Shown here in pieces: positions 28,046 to 43,404 of a DNA stretch of 64,000 bases. The stretch is taken from contig OZ024745.1 in the NCBI GenBank assembly GCA_964016885.1, forward strand, positions 70,804,001-70,868,000, in the 5' to 3' direction. The position numbers were made by a program, and so were the translations under genes. The notes beneath the pieces were generated by a model. The model had not been told where the DNA came from. It saw only the letters and a program-made list of their open reading frames with translations, and did not search any database. The DNA is from Eledone cirrhosa (lineage: Eukaryota). The first letter of the stretch is position 1. Each line of letters begins with the position of its first letter.

Positions 28046-28245
28046 NNNNNNNNNNNNNNNNNNNNNNNNNNNNNNNNNNNNNNNNNNNNNNNNNNNNNNN
28101 NNNNNNNNNNNNNNNNNNNNNNNNNNNNNNNNNNNNNNNNNNNNNNNNNNNNNNNNNNNNNNNNNNNNNNNNNNNNNNNNNNNNNNNNNNNNNNNNNNNN
28201 NNNNNNNNNNNNNNNNNNNNNNNNNNNNNNNNNNNNNNNNNNNNN
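28046..28245. other. Assembly gap (200 N)
   Basis: Run of exactly 200 n, a nominal scaffolding gap. Confidence 0.99.
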
Positions 28246-28743
28246 CTCGTTTTCCTTCTTCTTCTTCTTCTTCTTCTTCTTCTTCTTCTTCTTTTTCTTT
28301 TTCTTTTTCTTTTTCTTTTTCTTTTTCTTTTTCTTTTTCTTTTTCTTTTTCTTTTTCTTTTTCTGTTTCTTCTTCTTAGTCTTCTTCTATTCCTTCGTCA
28401 TCACCATCTTGTTTGTTATTTTTTCATAAAATTAAAATGCAAATATTGATTCGATACCTAAGAAAATCAAACTTCACAAGAAAATACTGAGGAAATAGAC
28501 GGTTGTGTTGAAATTAGAGTATTACTGGTACATACTTTATCGATCCCGGAAAGTAAAGATGACTTTAAAACGGATGTGAATATTGATATACTGGTAGAAA
28601 AGTTTGAACGTTGGGGTAAATGTTAACCCTGTCGAAGCAGACTTTGCCTTTCATGCATCTTGGATCAATAAAATATATCAGTCATGTACAAGGGTTGATA
28701 GTCCACTGTTTGTTCCTCACATTTTGCGCCTTGTAAGCGACAT

Positions 28744-28903
28744 CAGACCTGCCAACCTCTAAAAACCCAAACGGGGAAAAAGTGTCCCAAAACGGCGTAA
28801 ATGAGGCAAAATGGGGAAATTTTACATAATGAAAGCTATATCTCTCACCCACCCAAAGTAGGTGGGAGATCTCCCCGTAGGACGGAGGGAGTTAACAGGT
28901 CTG
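28744..28903. mobile_element. MITE with CAG termini (hAT-like)
   Basis: TIR cagacctgccaac ... gttaacaggtctg. No clean 8-bp TSD. Confidence 0.65.
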
Positions 28904-29067
28904 AGACATATATAATTTAGATCCAGAAAAAACTGTATAAGACATTTTCTTCAGTATTCCTACAATCTTTGCTTTTGTCAAACGACCAACATTCGTTAAG
29001 TAAATATAGACGAGGCGAGACAGAAACGCCTTATATTTAGGAAATGGTAGTGACAAATTAGTGTAAT

Positions 29068-29225
29068 CAGTGCCAGATTTACCACTGGTCTTAGGTTTGC
29101 TTAAGCACTAGGCTCCCCGTTGGCTAAAATAAAAAGTTCATGATGAATTTCCTCCTTCAGGCCCCAATTATGGGGCCTCATAACTTAACTAGCACAGGGC
29201 CTCATTTGTCCTAAATCCGGCAATG
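29068..29225. mobile_element. hAT-superfamily MITE
   Basis: TIR cagtgccagattta / taaatccggcaatg and a perfect 8-bp TSD agtgtaat (29060-29067, 29226-29233). Confidence 0.88.
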
Positions 29226-29770
29226 AGTGTAATCTTGCTTTGTATTGTTTTGCCACCGTCATTAGATGAGTAAATGGAGTGGTGACTGTTAATTTTAAAA
29301 GAGTGCAATTGAAAACAACTAAAATGACGTACGTGTTTGTAAATTTATAAAATAACTGTATTTTAGGGATTACTTGTTGATAAGTGGGCATATTAAATTG
29401 CTTCTTCTATTTTGAAAGGGCTTCTTTTATAACAACTACAGATGGATTTATTGAGGCTTAATTGACTGAGAATCGACACCGAGCATTGTGTTAACTGAAG
29501 CAGATGCTATGCCTACCTCTACGTTGATTGCCAAAATATTTTGTTGTTGCTGCTGTGTAGCCGCAGTTCAGCTCTCATGAAGCAGGCCTATACATAAACG
29601 CTTCTCGACCATTAAAATTCTAGCATTTGATGATATCTAGAATTACATTGTCTAATATATGTCTGAAGCGAGGTTTGGGGAAGATTTGGCTGCTATCTTA
29701 ATAAATCAGGTGATTAGCTAGATATTATGGAGATGGTCTGTCTCAATATTTCTTTCTCTCTCGTTCTCTT

Positions 29771-29847
<77 letters not shown>

Positions 29848-29855
29848 GCGCGCGC

Positions 29856-29911
<56 letters not shown>

Positions 29912-30054
29912 GTACGTGTGCGCGTGTGTGTTGGTTCACCAAATTGAGCGCTCAATGTACCGATCGATAGAGATCGAACCTCGTTTGATCAATCGCGAGA
30001 CGCGCGTCACACCTGAATAAACTTAATGAAAATTTGACACCTCATTCCTACTTG

Positions 30055-30232
30055 GGTTGGCAGTATCGGTAGAGGGTCGGACGTCGTGTTTAGCAGTCAT
30101 GTTTAGGTACGGTCTGAGTTCAAATCCCGCCGAGATTAACTTTGCCTTTCATCCTTTCGGGGTCGATAACATAAAGTACCAGTAATGCACTGGGATAATT
30201 ACTGGCCTTGTGCCAAAAGTAGAAACAATTAT
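30055..30232 (+). mobile_element. Family A SINE (short-tail form)
   Basis: ttggcagtatcggtagagggtcggacg...gagttcaaatcccgccgag...gtagaaacaatt. Confidence 0.85.
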
Positions 30233-30235
30233 TAC

Positions 30236-30285
<50 letters not shown>

Positions 30286-31770
30286 GTGTGTGTGTGTGTG
30301 TGTGTGTGTGTCTGAAGAAGAAACGTGCTAACTATCCTTAGGTTGCAGCCATGTAGTACTCCTAACCTTTGTTAAACACAAATCAATTATTTTACATTCT
30401 TTCAATTAAATTAGTTGTTTACCATCAAAATTCCTACTGTGTAAATCAATAAATTATATATACGTAGAACTTGCGTTTAAATTTGCTTTCCATATATATA
30501 TATATATATGTGTGTGTCAGTGTGTGTGTGTGTGTGAAAGGGAGAGAAAGGAATAAAGAATAATAAAAGAATCGACTACAGTACTGCAAAGTTGACACCG
30601 TTGGGATTGGAACTGAGTGTGGTGTGAACCGGAACAAATACCGAAGTATTGAATCCGTCGCCCTACTGATTCGCCACCGTTACACTGTAATAGAAAAAAA
30701 CAAATCTACATAATGGTGGCTTTTAGAATAAAAACAAGCTAAGGAGATGAGACCAAAGAAACAATGTTTCCATTGAACTTTCCATTGTTGGTACTACGTA
30801 AAATAAAATATTTTACTAAAGACCTAAACACAACTAGTCAATCTAAGAATAGAACCCATGAACTCATAACAAATGTCTACTGGGACAACTGAGATGATTC
30901 ATGGTGTCTTGCTTATATCTTTGTGTGTCAACATTGTACTCTCGACGTTTGACTATGTCTTTCATTACAAAGGTGTCAAACATATAAGTACCAATGATAT
31001 ACTTATGCTGAATCCTTGTTGGCCCATTACTTCCCTTCTCCTTAAAATGGTGGAAACAGCATCGCTGTTTGGTTTAGAGGTTCGCTTCGTAATGATAAGT
31101 CATGGGTTTTATCCCAATGCGTGGGATATTGCGCAAACGTCATTTTCCATAGCACATCACATGGTCTGTAACTGCGATTCAATGGGCTAGCTCTGCCACG
31201 TTGAATTTCACTGAAAATTACGTTAAAGGTACATATGTCTGTCTAACACATGCCGTTGAAATTGGCGGAAGTTCATAATATTCCTTTAAAGCAAACTTAT
31301 TAGTGCAATAGCATCAAATATAATTATATATTCAAATGATAAAATATAACGGTTTTCAATAAGGGTTAAATAATAATTAAATGATAGTTAAAAATCTGTG
31401 AAAGACGAAAAAGCTACACAAATTGTCGTATCAGAAATAACTACAATAAATTTTTATACTGTACACAGCCTCATGTGCGGCTCAATTTGTACAATAGATA
31501 TTTGATTAAATCTACGGTGCTTTAACGTAATTATCCTGTTACAATTACAATGGAAGTTCGCTAGAAATTGGAGCCAAATAGTCCTAAAATTCTCCCACAT
31601 CCTCATAAAACAAATTGAAGGAGACATTTAGATAATATAATCGTAGATGTATTATGTCTAAAAAAAAAAAAAAGGCCCATGGGCATTCGCCTGATCAGGC
31701 AGGATTGACCCCCACCGACACCGACACCAATAATAAACTGTATTTAAGTTAACACAGTAACTGTAATAAT

Positions 31771-31881
31771 TGTTTCTACTTTTTGGCACAAGGCCAGAAA
31801 TTACCCAGTGCATTACTGGTACTTTATTTTATCAACCCCGTAAGGATGAAAGGCAAAGTTAACCTCAGCGGGATTTGAACT
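31771..31881 (-). mobile_element. 5'-truncated family A SINE with 16-bp TSD
   Basis: cagtaactgtaataat at 31755-31770 and 31882-31897. Confidence 0.88.
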
Positions 31882-33199
31882 CAGTAACTGTAATAATGTA
31901 GAGTATTATAATAACTGTATTACAGCCCAGTTTCATTCATTTCAGTAATAAATTAGCAAACAAAAGAAAGAAAAAAGAACAAACTAGAGACTAAATAATT
32001 CTAGTGATGGTTTACGTGGTCAAAAACAATCTCTGAGAGGCTAATTCTACTCGAAACATTTAATCGCAAAAGATTGTATTGTATTATTCTTTAACGAATG
32101 CTCGATTCTATGTGCTTATGTGTGTCTGCGTTTGTGAGTATGCGTGTGTGTATGTGTTTATGTGTGTGTTAATGGCTTAGTCGGAGGAAAAAGGGTAACG
32201 CCCATAATACGCTTCCGGGCTTCCGTGATGACGGAAGGAAGGGGTAAAATTATTCTCAGACACGAGACCCAGCCCGAATTCTTACAATAGTTTGGATTCC
32301 ACTAAAGGGATACACAAATGTGTTCAACCTGAATGACGGATTAGATAACCCACCCTCACCTCGCCTCCAACAACACCGACACGAGCACCAATAATAAACA
32401 GTATTTACGTTAAATAGGTTACTTACACATAAACAACAATAACTAATAAACAATAAACCTACACCTAACCCTCAGTGAACTATATAACGACCTTGAAAAA
32501 ACAATGTAGTCTTCCTGTCTGAAGAGAGGAACCATTTTTGTTATACGTAAATGTAGGAAACTTTGTCCAAGCGGTCGATAAGCAAATGTATGAATGCGCG
32601 TTGCTTGTATAGGGAGGGTTTAGTTTTTTTGTTGTTTTTTTTTTTTGCTATTTTTTACATAATTTTTTTATTGTTATACTCTCAAGTTCATTGATGCTCG
32701 TATCTGATCATAACGATTGGTACAGCTCTGAAGGAATATGAAATCTGTTCTCCAGGGGACTGGGTAAAGTAAAATTCATATTCCTGCATGTATTTAGACA
32801 TACATTTATATGACTATACATATATATATATAAGTATATATATATATATAACTATTTATATATACGCGCCCGTGTGTGTGTGTGTCTGTCTATTTATTTT
32901 TTTTTTTTTTTTTTTACTCTTTATTTTATACCTCTTACTGCAACCCTATACATCCATCTATCTATCTTTCCGACTGACTGTCTGTCTATATATTTATTTG
33001 TATGTCTGTTTAATTATCGGTCTGTCTAACTACGATATTTTTCATCAATTATTACCCCCACAACAATCCTTAATTATGTTGTTATTGATGTCTATATAAA
33101 CTAATGAAATGTGATAAACTTTTTGGAAAGTTTCTTTCATGTACTATTTATTACATTGAATGTATCTGGATATATATGTATATATATATATATATATAC

Positions 33200-33303
<104 letters not shown>

Positions 33304-33524
33304 CTATATATATATATATATATATATACATATTTACATATATATATATATGCACTCACACACACACATATATAAATAGATATATTCTATATATGTCTAA
33401 ATGTATGTATATATGACACATAATCACGCACAATTATACATGTATATATATATATACACATGTATATATATATATGCATATATATGTATGTGTGTGTGTG
33501 TGTATGTGGGTGGGTGTGTTTGTT

Positions 33525-33566
<42 letters not shown>

Positions 33567-34369
33567 CATGAATTTATGCATATGCAGCTATATAAACATA
33601 TACAAGCCACACACATATACACGTGTGAGTAAAGAGAAGGACAGATAGTGTTAAATAGATATATGAATAGATATACAGCTGCATATATGCATGTATGTAT
33701 ATACATAATTGTACATGCATAGAACCTTCTATTGATTAATCGATGGATCCATGTTCATTATGTTTGCGTGTACTTATGTGTATGTATGTATGTATGTATG
33801 TATGTATGTATGTATGTATGTATGTATGTATGTATAATTGTATGTATGTATGTGTGTATGTATGTGTGTATGTATGTGTGTATGTATGTATGTATGTATG
33901 TATGTATGTATGTATGTATGTATGTATGTGTATGTATGTATGTATGTATGTATGTATGTATGTATGTATGTATGTATGTATGTGTGTATGTATGTATGAC
34001 TGTATGTATGTATGTGTACGTATGTATGTGTGTAGACGTGCATATGTGCATGTACGTATGCCTCTAACTATCCCCATGTACACGTGGTGTATGTGTGTGC
34101 GTGTATGTCTCTCACACAAACAATATAGTTATGATGTTACATACACTTCTATGCATGTCTATAGTTTTGCAATCTCCTCCCCATTCTCCTCCTACTTCTC
34201 CTCTTTGTCTTCACATTCCTTTTGCAACTACTACCCTTCTTTCTACTACCATTACTACTACTAATAATAATAGTAATAATAATATTAATCATAATGATAG
34301 TTATATTTGTTTCTAGCACAAGCACAAGGACAGAAATTTGGTAGGAGGTCTTTATCGATGAAATTCCAA

Positions 34370-34590
34370 TAATAATTGTTTCTATTTTAGGCACAAGGCC
34401 AGCAATTTCGAAGGGAAGGGGAAAGTCGATTAAATCGACACCGGTGCATTAATGGTACTTTATTTTATCGACCCTGTAAGGATGAAAGGTAAAGCTAACC
34501 TGAACAGCATTTAAACTCAGATCGTAAAGGGTTGTAAACCCTATGCCACGAAGCAGGGTGTCCGACGCTCTACCGATAACCAATCTACCA
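34370..34590 (-). mobile_element. Family A SINE (long-tail form)
   Basis: Homologous to 12418-12640. Confidence 0.82.
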
Positions 34591-35026
34591 ATAACGATTT
34601 CTAACTTTGTCGATTATATAACCCCAGTTCTTGAAGTTAACCACGTTGGGATTTGAACTCAAAAGGCCGGCAATCTTTTTTGTATGTGTGTGTTTTCGTA
34701 AGGTGAGTTCATTAAATCGCCCTTAGTACTTGACTGGTACTTTATTTTATTGTTGAGACTGTTGTCCTTAGTTCACCAATACGTTCTATCCACAAACAAA
34801 ATATTCATGTCTCAACAGCTTAGTAAAGTAGTTTCAATGTAGGCACGACATGTTTGTGCAGTTCATTACGAGGTAACTACCTGTGAACATGAAGAATTCA
34901 ATAGGAATTTGCTTCCACACGATCCTTTCTTAGAATTATACGTGAAGATCTAGAAAATGGTATAAAATCCACCACCAAAATTATTACGTAATCAATATGT
35001 AATTGCTTTATAAAGAAATTTTGAAT

Positions 35027-35408
35027 CAGCACTGGGTGGGTGTAGAGCTTTCGCTTGAATATTAGCGCCCTAAACTAACCCTCCACTGTGTACCCTTTTT
35101 TCACAGTTTTGTACCGTTCTTCCAAATAATATATTTTCAGATTATAGGTTTGTTAACTCCTGATCCTCATGTTTGAAACTTCTTTCTCTGATCACACTAA
35201 GAAAAATTACTGAGCCGGCATTTTCCACAATAGTGTCCACACTCACCAATGGGGAAAATTATAACGACCCACTCCACCATTTTTAATATTTCCAAAATGT
35301 TGCTACGTGGTAAAAATGTTTTGCAATTAAAATTGTGAACTTTAAAGTTCATTAAAGCACCTCCCTGGGGTCTGCGCCCTAGGCGGTTGTCCTTAATGTT
35401 AGTGCCTG
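35027..35408. mobile_element. Possible decayed hAT-like non-autonomous element
   Basis: cagcactg ... tagtgcctg ends, subterminal gcgcccta at both sides, imperfect 8-bp flanks ttttgaat/ttcagaat. Confidence 0.4.
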
Positions 35409-36467
35409 TTCAGAATATATACAATAGATTTAGTGTTCATGTTTTAAACTACATATTTCTGCCTACATTTTTTTGGTAATTTCTCACATAGGCACATGGT
35501 GTCATCTTCACAAGGTAAATGGGAAAAGGATGTGTGACAGTCTGTTATCATAGTAGGAGACGGCGAATTGACAAAATCATAGGGAATCGGATTAAAATAC
35601 TTTGTGATGTTTGTTTCGGCCCTCTACGGTCTGAGTTAAAATCCCACCAAGGTCAGCTTTGATTTTAATCATTTCGTGGTCGATGAATAAAGTACAGAGC
35701 AATGGGCGGGATTTTACTGGATTAAACGTTCAGTATTGCGTTATTTCTTTCGGTCCTTTGCGTTCTGTGTGCGCTTGCAACGATACTGTTGAAAATAACT
35801 GCATCAGCCCTTGCCTTTCGTTGGACACATTGGTCACGCGAGAACGGAGACATGTATATATGGTCGATTGCTGGTTTTCTAAAAAGCACACGGTGCCCAG
35901 GATTACACCACGGAGAGGAAGATTCCATAAGCAGATAATGAACCATGGTTAGCCATGATATAAGGGACCATTTAATATGATAGTGAAATGAAAGAGCTAA
36001 ACAAATCATCGAATCTTTTCTCATCAAGAGTTTAACCCCCCGCTGTCAGCCATCTTAAACGAGGCAGTCAACCGATGTAATTACAATGTCAAAACAAACA
36101 GGGTATAAAATCAGAAAAGTAAATCTCTAGTATGTTTTTATATATTTTATATGTTGCTTATGTATTTTTACCAATGTATTTTATTATTGTTATTTATTGC
36201 TTTTTTATGTATAATTAATGTTATTTGTTGTTGTTCGTATATGTTTATCTTTTATCAAGTCAATCGTTTTTTCAGTTTTTTCGGGATAATATAGGATATA
36301 TTATTATATATCATTATGATATGATTATCTGGAAATATAACACAAAACACTTTAATAACATTTTTCTTTATTTATTCAATAATTTTATACGATTTGTTAC
36401 TTTTTACACTTTTATTTATGTGTATGCACACAAACACGCGCACACACACACACACACACACACACAG

Positions 36468-36544
<77 letters not shown>

Positions 36545-36649
36545 ATTCTGTAAAATTTTCTTAAGAATTTAGTTTGACCTTTCGTCTCGAATTGCTTTCC
36601 CCCTCGACAACGAAATTATTCAGTAACAATGGACGTTCATTATATCACC

Positions 36650-36760
36650 GAGTTCAAATCCCACCGAGGTTAACTTTGCCTTTCATCCTTACGGGGTCGA
36701 TAAAATAAAGTACCAGTAATGCACTGGGTAATTGCTGGCCTTGTGCCAAAAGTAGAAACA
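36650..36760 (+). mobile_element. 5'-truncated family A SINE with 11-bp TSD
   Basis: attatatcacc at 36639-36649 and 36761-36771. Confidence 0.88.
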
Positions 36761-37713
36761 ATTATATCACCTTCTTAGGGTTTGCTTGATCGAGCTTAAT
36801 CTGGGCTAGATGAGTATCTAATATACTGGTCGACGACACTGAATCATAATTGTTATCTAATTCATAATACATTAACACTCTGCTTCTCATGGACTCTTCC
36901 TAACAGAAAATACCTTCCACATTCAGAAACTTCACCCACTTAAAATCCTATACCATATTATAAATTCATACTTTGTCTTCAGTGTGTTGAATCTTTGTAA
37001 AAACTGATTACATCTTCTTAGAGAGTATTGTCCCATTAACAATGTATAATTCGATGAATTGGGCAAGTCACGAGAACACCAACCGACCACTCAAATAAAC
37101 CCTCGAGTGTAAAAGAATGCAAGATGCTGACTGAGGAAGATGTGGAATGATGGCATCAAAGAAACCCGAATGTCGCATGGCATCAGGCCAGAATCAGCCT
37201 TCCAAAACGTCACAAAACAATACTTACACGCGAACTAGCAGAATCTTAGAAGAAAGTAACGTCAACTTTATATTCACATTTAGAAACTAACACTTAACAT
37301 TGGTAGAGGAACAAACACACGAAGTTCTAAAAGGAATAGCTATAATGAATCAATAAGAATCTGAAACAGAGTGGTCATGGCTGGAATGCCTTTGTCCGTA
37401 GAGTAAAAGTGGAATGATTAAAAAAAATGAAAATAAATTGTCCTATTACAATAAAGACGTTAATCAATATGATTAACAAAAATCCACCCATACCTTTCTA
37501 ATCTTCAACCCATAAACTATTCTCAACTGTAACCTCTAATAATTGTATTCTTAAATTATTGCACTAAAGTGTCTTCTCGGAATATACTGACATCAAATTA
37601 TTCTTGAGACAAGTTAAACAACCCTTTCTCTCATAATCACACTGTTCTTCTTATTGATAATCAATACGGCAATAAAATACGCTTAAAAATATAAATCACA
37701 CCCCCACACATAC

Positions 37714-37803
<90 letters not shown>

Positions 37804-38064
37804 CAGGGTATGATAACAAGCCAGGAAACCATAATGGACCCGTCACTTGTAGCAGCCAAATTTCACCTAGATTATTTCACTATTGTCATTTTAAACTGGA
37901 GTACTAGCACATTAGACAATGTTGTTCTAGATACTCTATGTCTGAACAAGATGGTCACAGCTAGATGCCTTTTATTGTCTTCGATCAGTTATATTGTGGC
38001 CGACTCAAGGCAACATAGCAACAACCTGTATAGAATCATCTAACCATGGAATCCAAAGTCTCAC

Positions 38065-38252
38065 GGTGGATTGGCAGTATCGGTAGTGGGTCTGACGCCA
38101 TGCTGTGTAGCACAGTTATGTCGCTTTACGGACTGAGTTCAAATCCCACCAAGGTTAACTTTGCCTTTCATCCTTACGGGGTCGATAAAATAAAGTACCA
38201 GTAATACACTGGAATAATTGCTGGCCTTGTGCCAAAAGTAGAAACAATTATT
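38065..38252 (+). mobile_element. Family A SINE (short-tail form)
   Basis: Full-length match to 63002-63182. Confidence 0.85.
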
Positions 38253-40237
38253 TTCTTACATAAAGAGAATGCGCATTGAATGATATAGACATAGATACAC
38301 TATATCTAAAAACAAGGTGGACAGCATATTTTATCATGATTGTTTGAGGTTAAAACAATATCATTCGCAATCGTTGGTGATTGATAGTGTGTATCGCACT
38401 TTCGCTAATGGCTATGTGTCTATATTGTCGCTTGTAGACGTAGACACAAACTTGATCATCCCCTACTTGACCTAGTGGAGCATCCAGGTTGTAACAGTTA
38501 AATCTAGAATGAGCTACACTGTCATGGGCTGGGTACTATATTCATCGACCCCAAAAGTTGATCTCAATGTGAGTTTGAACAGCGGTCCGGAACAAGCATC
38601 GCAACGCATTCTATCGCAAACTCCATCGTCTTTGCCAATCGCCCACTTTAAACAACAACAAAATCAGTGTGGTACATCAGACCCGTGCTAGTGCTACTAT
38701 CATTAGTAATAGTTCATGTTATTTCCTCTGATATCTATTGTGGTTTGTATCAAGTAGCGTCAAGTAAAGTTATTATCGCAAAGAAAAATTCGTTATTATA
38801 ACAAGAGTCAAAATTAATTGAGGAAGACTAGGAACGGGGAATAATATAAAATATGTTTATTACATGGATCAAAGTTGATGATAACTTTTATGTTAATTAT
38901 GATGCCAATTGCCTTAGATACACCAGAGAAAGATTCTCTTTAAAATGTTAGCAAAAGTTTAATCGGTTCAATACAAAAAGATTCGTAGTTTAGATAAACT
39001 TTTATCAGGCATCATTTTGTTATTATACAAATTGGTAATTTATATTTGGAAGTGAAATATCTCACCCCCAGATCTGTGTAGAATATATTCCTGCTTTGCA
39101 TAGAGAAATTTGCTTTAAAGTACAGGTTAACTTAAATGTCGATAGAATAACAAATTCTTCAAAACAGGCAATTACTGTCGATAAATTTTGTACAGATATA
39201 TTTTCTGACACACGTGTAGTAGAGAATCAAGATTAAAGGCTATTTTTTAGAAAGTAATTCCATGAATTATTAAACATGAAACTATTATTATTTTGAAACA
39301 AATATTCAAATATTTCTCTTGGAAATGAGGTTTGAATCTATAATATATTTTAAAACGAAGCAATCAATTCTCAATTCATAGAATCCACCTTGAGATTCTG
39401 ATTCAAATGCTGAAAATGTTTCCTACGACTACTTTAGAGATTCTACCTTGCCATTTATTCAATCAAACCAAAGGGTGAATTGGCAGAATTATTTGAGCAT
39501 ATAACAAAATGCTTTGCGCTATTTGTTTCAGTTTTCTGTGCCCTGGGTTCAGATCTCGCTGGCATCAAATAAGCCTTTCATTCTTTCAGGATCGATAAAA
39601 TAAAGTTCCATTCCAGAGTGGTAGATTGACGCAATTATTAGAGCTTTAGATGAGATGTGTGGTAATATATTTTCAGGCTCATTGTGTTGTGAACTCTAAT
39701 CCGTCCCCCAGTTTAACACTGCTCCTTAAATGTCATTAGTAGAGTTGAATATGTTGCAAGCCTTCAAACCAGGTCTCAAATGAGACTAATTCCCTTCCTT
39801 CCACTTACCTCAAAGGCCCTGAAAAAATATATCGCACTGGTCACTACCATTCTCTTCCTGACTAAACAGTAAAAAACACATTCTTCTAAAACATATTCTT
39901 AATCAAAAGAGAAATAGCTTTGTTATGCCAGTATGAGATTACTTCTGTACACACATATTGAAATATATGTACACATTTACAGATGTCTTTAGACATTTGT
40001 GATGGTTTTGTAGAGTTGAATATTTTCATATTTGACTTCTGGGGTCAGTAGAGTAACAAGTTCCCTAAGAGTCATGACTGCACGTCAAATTATAATCTCA
40101 GTTGGAAACTACTTCTCTAAAATTAAGACATCGTCATGAAGGGTCAGACTATTCTTAAATAATGTTATTGCTCCATCCACACACATATTCTCTCTCTCTC
40201 CCTTTCTTTCTCATTTCCCTTTCTCTCTATCTCTCTG

Positions 40238-40299
<62 letters not shown>

Positions 40300-40400
40300 G
40301 TCTGTCTCTCTCTCTTTCTTTCTCTCTTCCCTACATTGTCTCCGCTTTTCGTCTCTTTTCTTGTTTAATCATTCTCTTCTTTTCAAACAACCAAAATCCC

Positions 40401-40490
<90 letters not shown>

Positions 40491-41339
40491 TTACTTTTCA
40501 TGTATACTGCATTGTTTACATTATATAGCTCTTTATTTTATTTTTTTATGAAAATTCAATGACATTACGATTAAATCAACTGTCAGGGTTTTATCTTCTA
40601 AAACTATAAATTCTGTTTCGTCAAATTTATTAAAATATTTATAGTTTCTACTAATATTTCTTTATAGAATCCAAGAAAAGTGTTTGTGATCTAACTGCAG
40701 GCGAACATCTATTTGATTTTTTTCGGTCTTTCATTACAACCTTAAAAACACACTATGGTAAACAATACATAATTGAACTTTCCATGATAATCTATTGAAA
40801 ACTGTGTACTGTAGTCAACCAGGTTCCTGATTGATTCTTGATATAGTGTTCTTGATTTGACTGTTCTTGAAAATTAATGTAAAAACCTAAAAGACTTAGA
40901 TGTAGTAGTGATTGCTTACATTGGAACAAGATCAGAAATATGTAGTGTGTGGTTATATTTTAGTGAATTGTCCCAATTAGATACCTGTTTCTTAGTTTAT
41001 ACGTCTTCTGGACAAAATTAAATACAGATGGTTAAGATACTTACATTAAATGAACCTTGACACTCATCTGCTGTAAGGTGACAAAATATGTACTATTGAA
41101 TTACGAGGACTGGGCTAGATATAAAAATTATTTCCCTCCGCTACTATCAGTGTCCATATGCTAATATTAAAAGCGAACTCCGCCAAGAAGATGGGATGAC
41201 AATATATTGTGCATTATAAAATTACGGCTCTGTGAAATTTTCGTCTTTTTGCTCCTCTTCTTGAGATCAAAATAGACAGCTATAGGAAGAATACTTTGCG
41301 TCTATTTCTAAGATATCACTGTTATTAGTATTGAACAAA

Positions 41340-41780
41340 GGTTGTAAGAATCGATGGAGCGTCAGACAAATGCTTCGTAGCATTTGTTCTGGCTCTTTAC
41401 GTTCTGAGTTCAATTTTAGCCGAGGTTGATTTTTCTTTTCTTCCTTCCGGGCTCAATAACATATAGGAACAATCAAGTACTTGTGTTGATATAATCGAGT
41501 TTCTCTTCTATAAAAATTGTCGGCCTTGTGCCTGAATTAGAACACATTATTAATACCAGTCGTGTATTAAGAGTTGAATCAATTAACTATATTCTTACAT
41601 GGTGCTGATGTTATAAATCGATAATTAATGTCAGTGGTAAATTGGCAAAGTTGTTAGAACGTTGAGTATTGCAGCATATGTTGCGGCTCTCTGAACTCTT
41701 TGATCAAATTTCATCGTGACCAACTTTGCCTTTCATCCTATCGAGGTCGATAAAATAAGAATCAGTCCAGTATTGTGGTT
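41340..41780 (+). mobile_element. Two decayed family A SINEs
   Basis: gttctgagttcaat..gccgaggttga and ctttgcctttcatcctatcgaggtcgataaaataag motifs. Confidence 0.7.
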
Positions 41781-41810
41781 GATTCTTCCTCTATATAACT
41801 TTCTCATTTC

Positions 41811-41927
<117 letters not shown>

Positions 41928-42050
41928 CTTCTTTAGAAGAAATCGACTATGTTCAGACCTGGAGAGGTTATTGGTTCCTCCAAGTTTAAAATACCCAAGA
42001 AACGCATGTTACAACGGCACCCCTACATGTCCACCACAGATTACGGGCCC

Positions 42051-42083
<33 letters not shown>

Positions 42084-42921
42084 TTGGAGCTCTATATATA
42101 TATAATAAATGTCACTCTACTGCATGCGATATATCGAAAACACAGCAAGGTATGGGCTAAATAAATAAATACCTTTATGACATACTTTACGTTTAAGCGC
42201 TTGTTTGAAATGAAGATGAAAAATACATTGCTGGAGAGGTGAGTAGGTGAACAAATTAGAATAAATGTATAAAAAAAAGAAGGGTCAACTTCATTTCAGA
42301 TAAAATTCGTTTAAAGAAAATAGATTAAATGGAAGACCAAAATAGCAGATTAATTAAATTTGGAAACATGAAAACAGATGCGAGAAAGACTGAAGAATAT
42401 TCAAATTATAAAATAGAAAAAGGAAATAGTTCAGTGATTCATAAAGCTCCTACTAGAAGTTTAGTCACTGCTTCTCTACCTTTCCCTTTAGCGTTTGCCC
42501 GCTCGCTTCATTTCTTCTTTATTTCTATATCATATTTTATTATATTATATTATATACAATTGTATACGGCCTTCGATCGAAGGCAAACGTTCAAGATGAG
42601 TTAAAGACGGGAGTTAGGGAGAAACAAAAATGAGATTGTTATTCTTGATAATGTTGCCGTCGTTAGTAAAAGAGAGAAAAAAAAACTGGTGAATGGTGTA
42701 GACACAATAAAAAGAGTATCTAAGAGAATTTCGGTATTTCTTGTGGTCCAAGATAGTTTCGTAGAGGGAAGGAATGTTATAAGAAATGTGCAAAATAATG
42801 CAAAGAACTTAGAAAGAAATGGAAATAGATAACTCAAAACTGAATTATTTTTTATTGGTATTTTATTGTTGGATATTTGGTAGAACTTTTTTCAATATAT
42901 ATATTTATATATGCGTACATG

Positions 42922-43024
<103 letters not shown>

Positions 43025-43330
43025 GTGCGAGTTTTATTTGAACAAATATAAAATTCAGATCATTGTAGTAGTCTTGGGAGAGACGTAAAAGCAGCAACAT
43101 TACGACAGATGTTTACAGACGCTCACCCAAACAATTATTCTTTAAGTGAATTTGATATTTTTTTTTTTTTTTTTTTCCTTTTAAATACATTCACGTTCAC
43201 ATCACTTCATTTTTATAATAATTACTGATATTCATCGAAACACACAAACACACAGACAGATTCACGTTCTTTTGTCATAAGAAAGAGAATTTTTCTTTTC
43301 AACAATTTATTACTGTTGTTGTTGTTGTAG

Positions 43331-43370
<40 letters not shown>

Positions 43371-43372
43371 CA

Positions 43373-43404
<32 letters not shown>

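Noticed and set aside
32510-32575. CTGAAGA...GAAAC..GTC possible hammerhead
   Set aside because: No stem II or stem I complementarity.
42090-42600. Helitron (TCTATATAT start, gccttcgatcgaaggc hairpin)
   Set aside because: No CTRR terminus after the hairpin, and the start motif is indistinguishable from a TA microsatellite.
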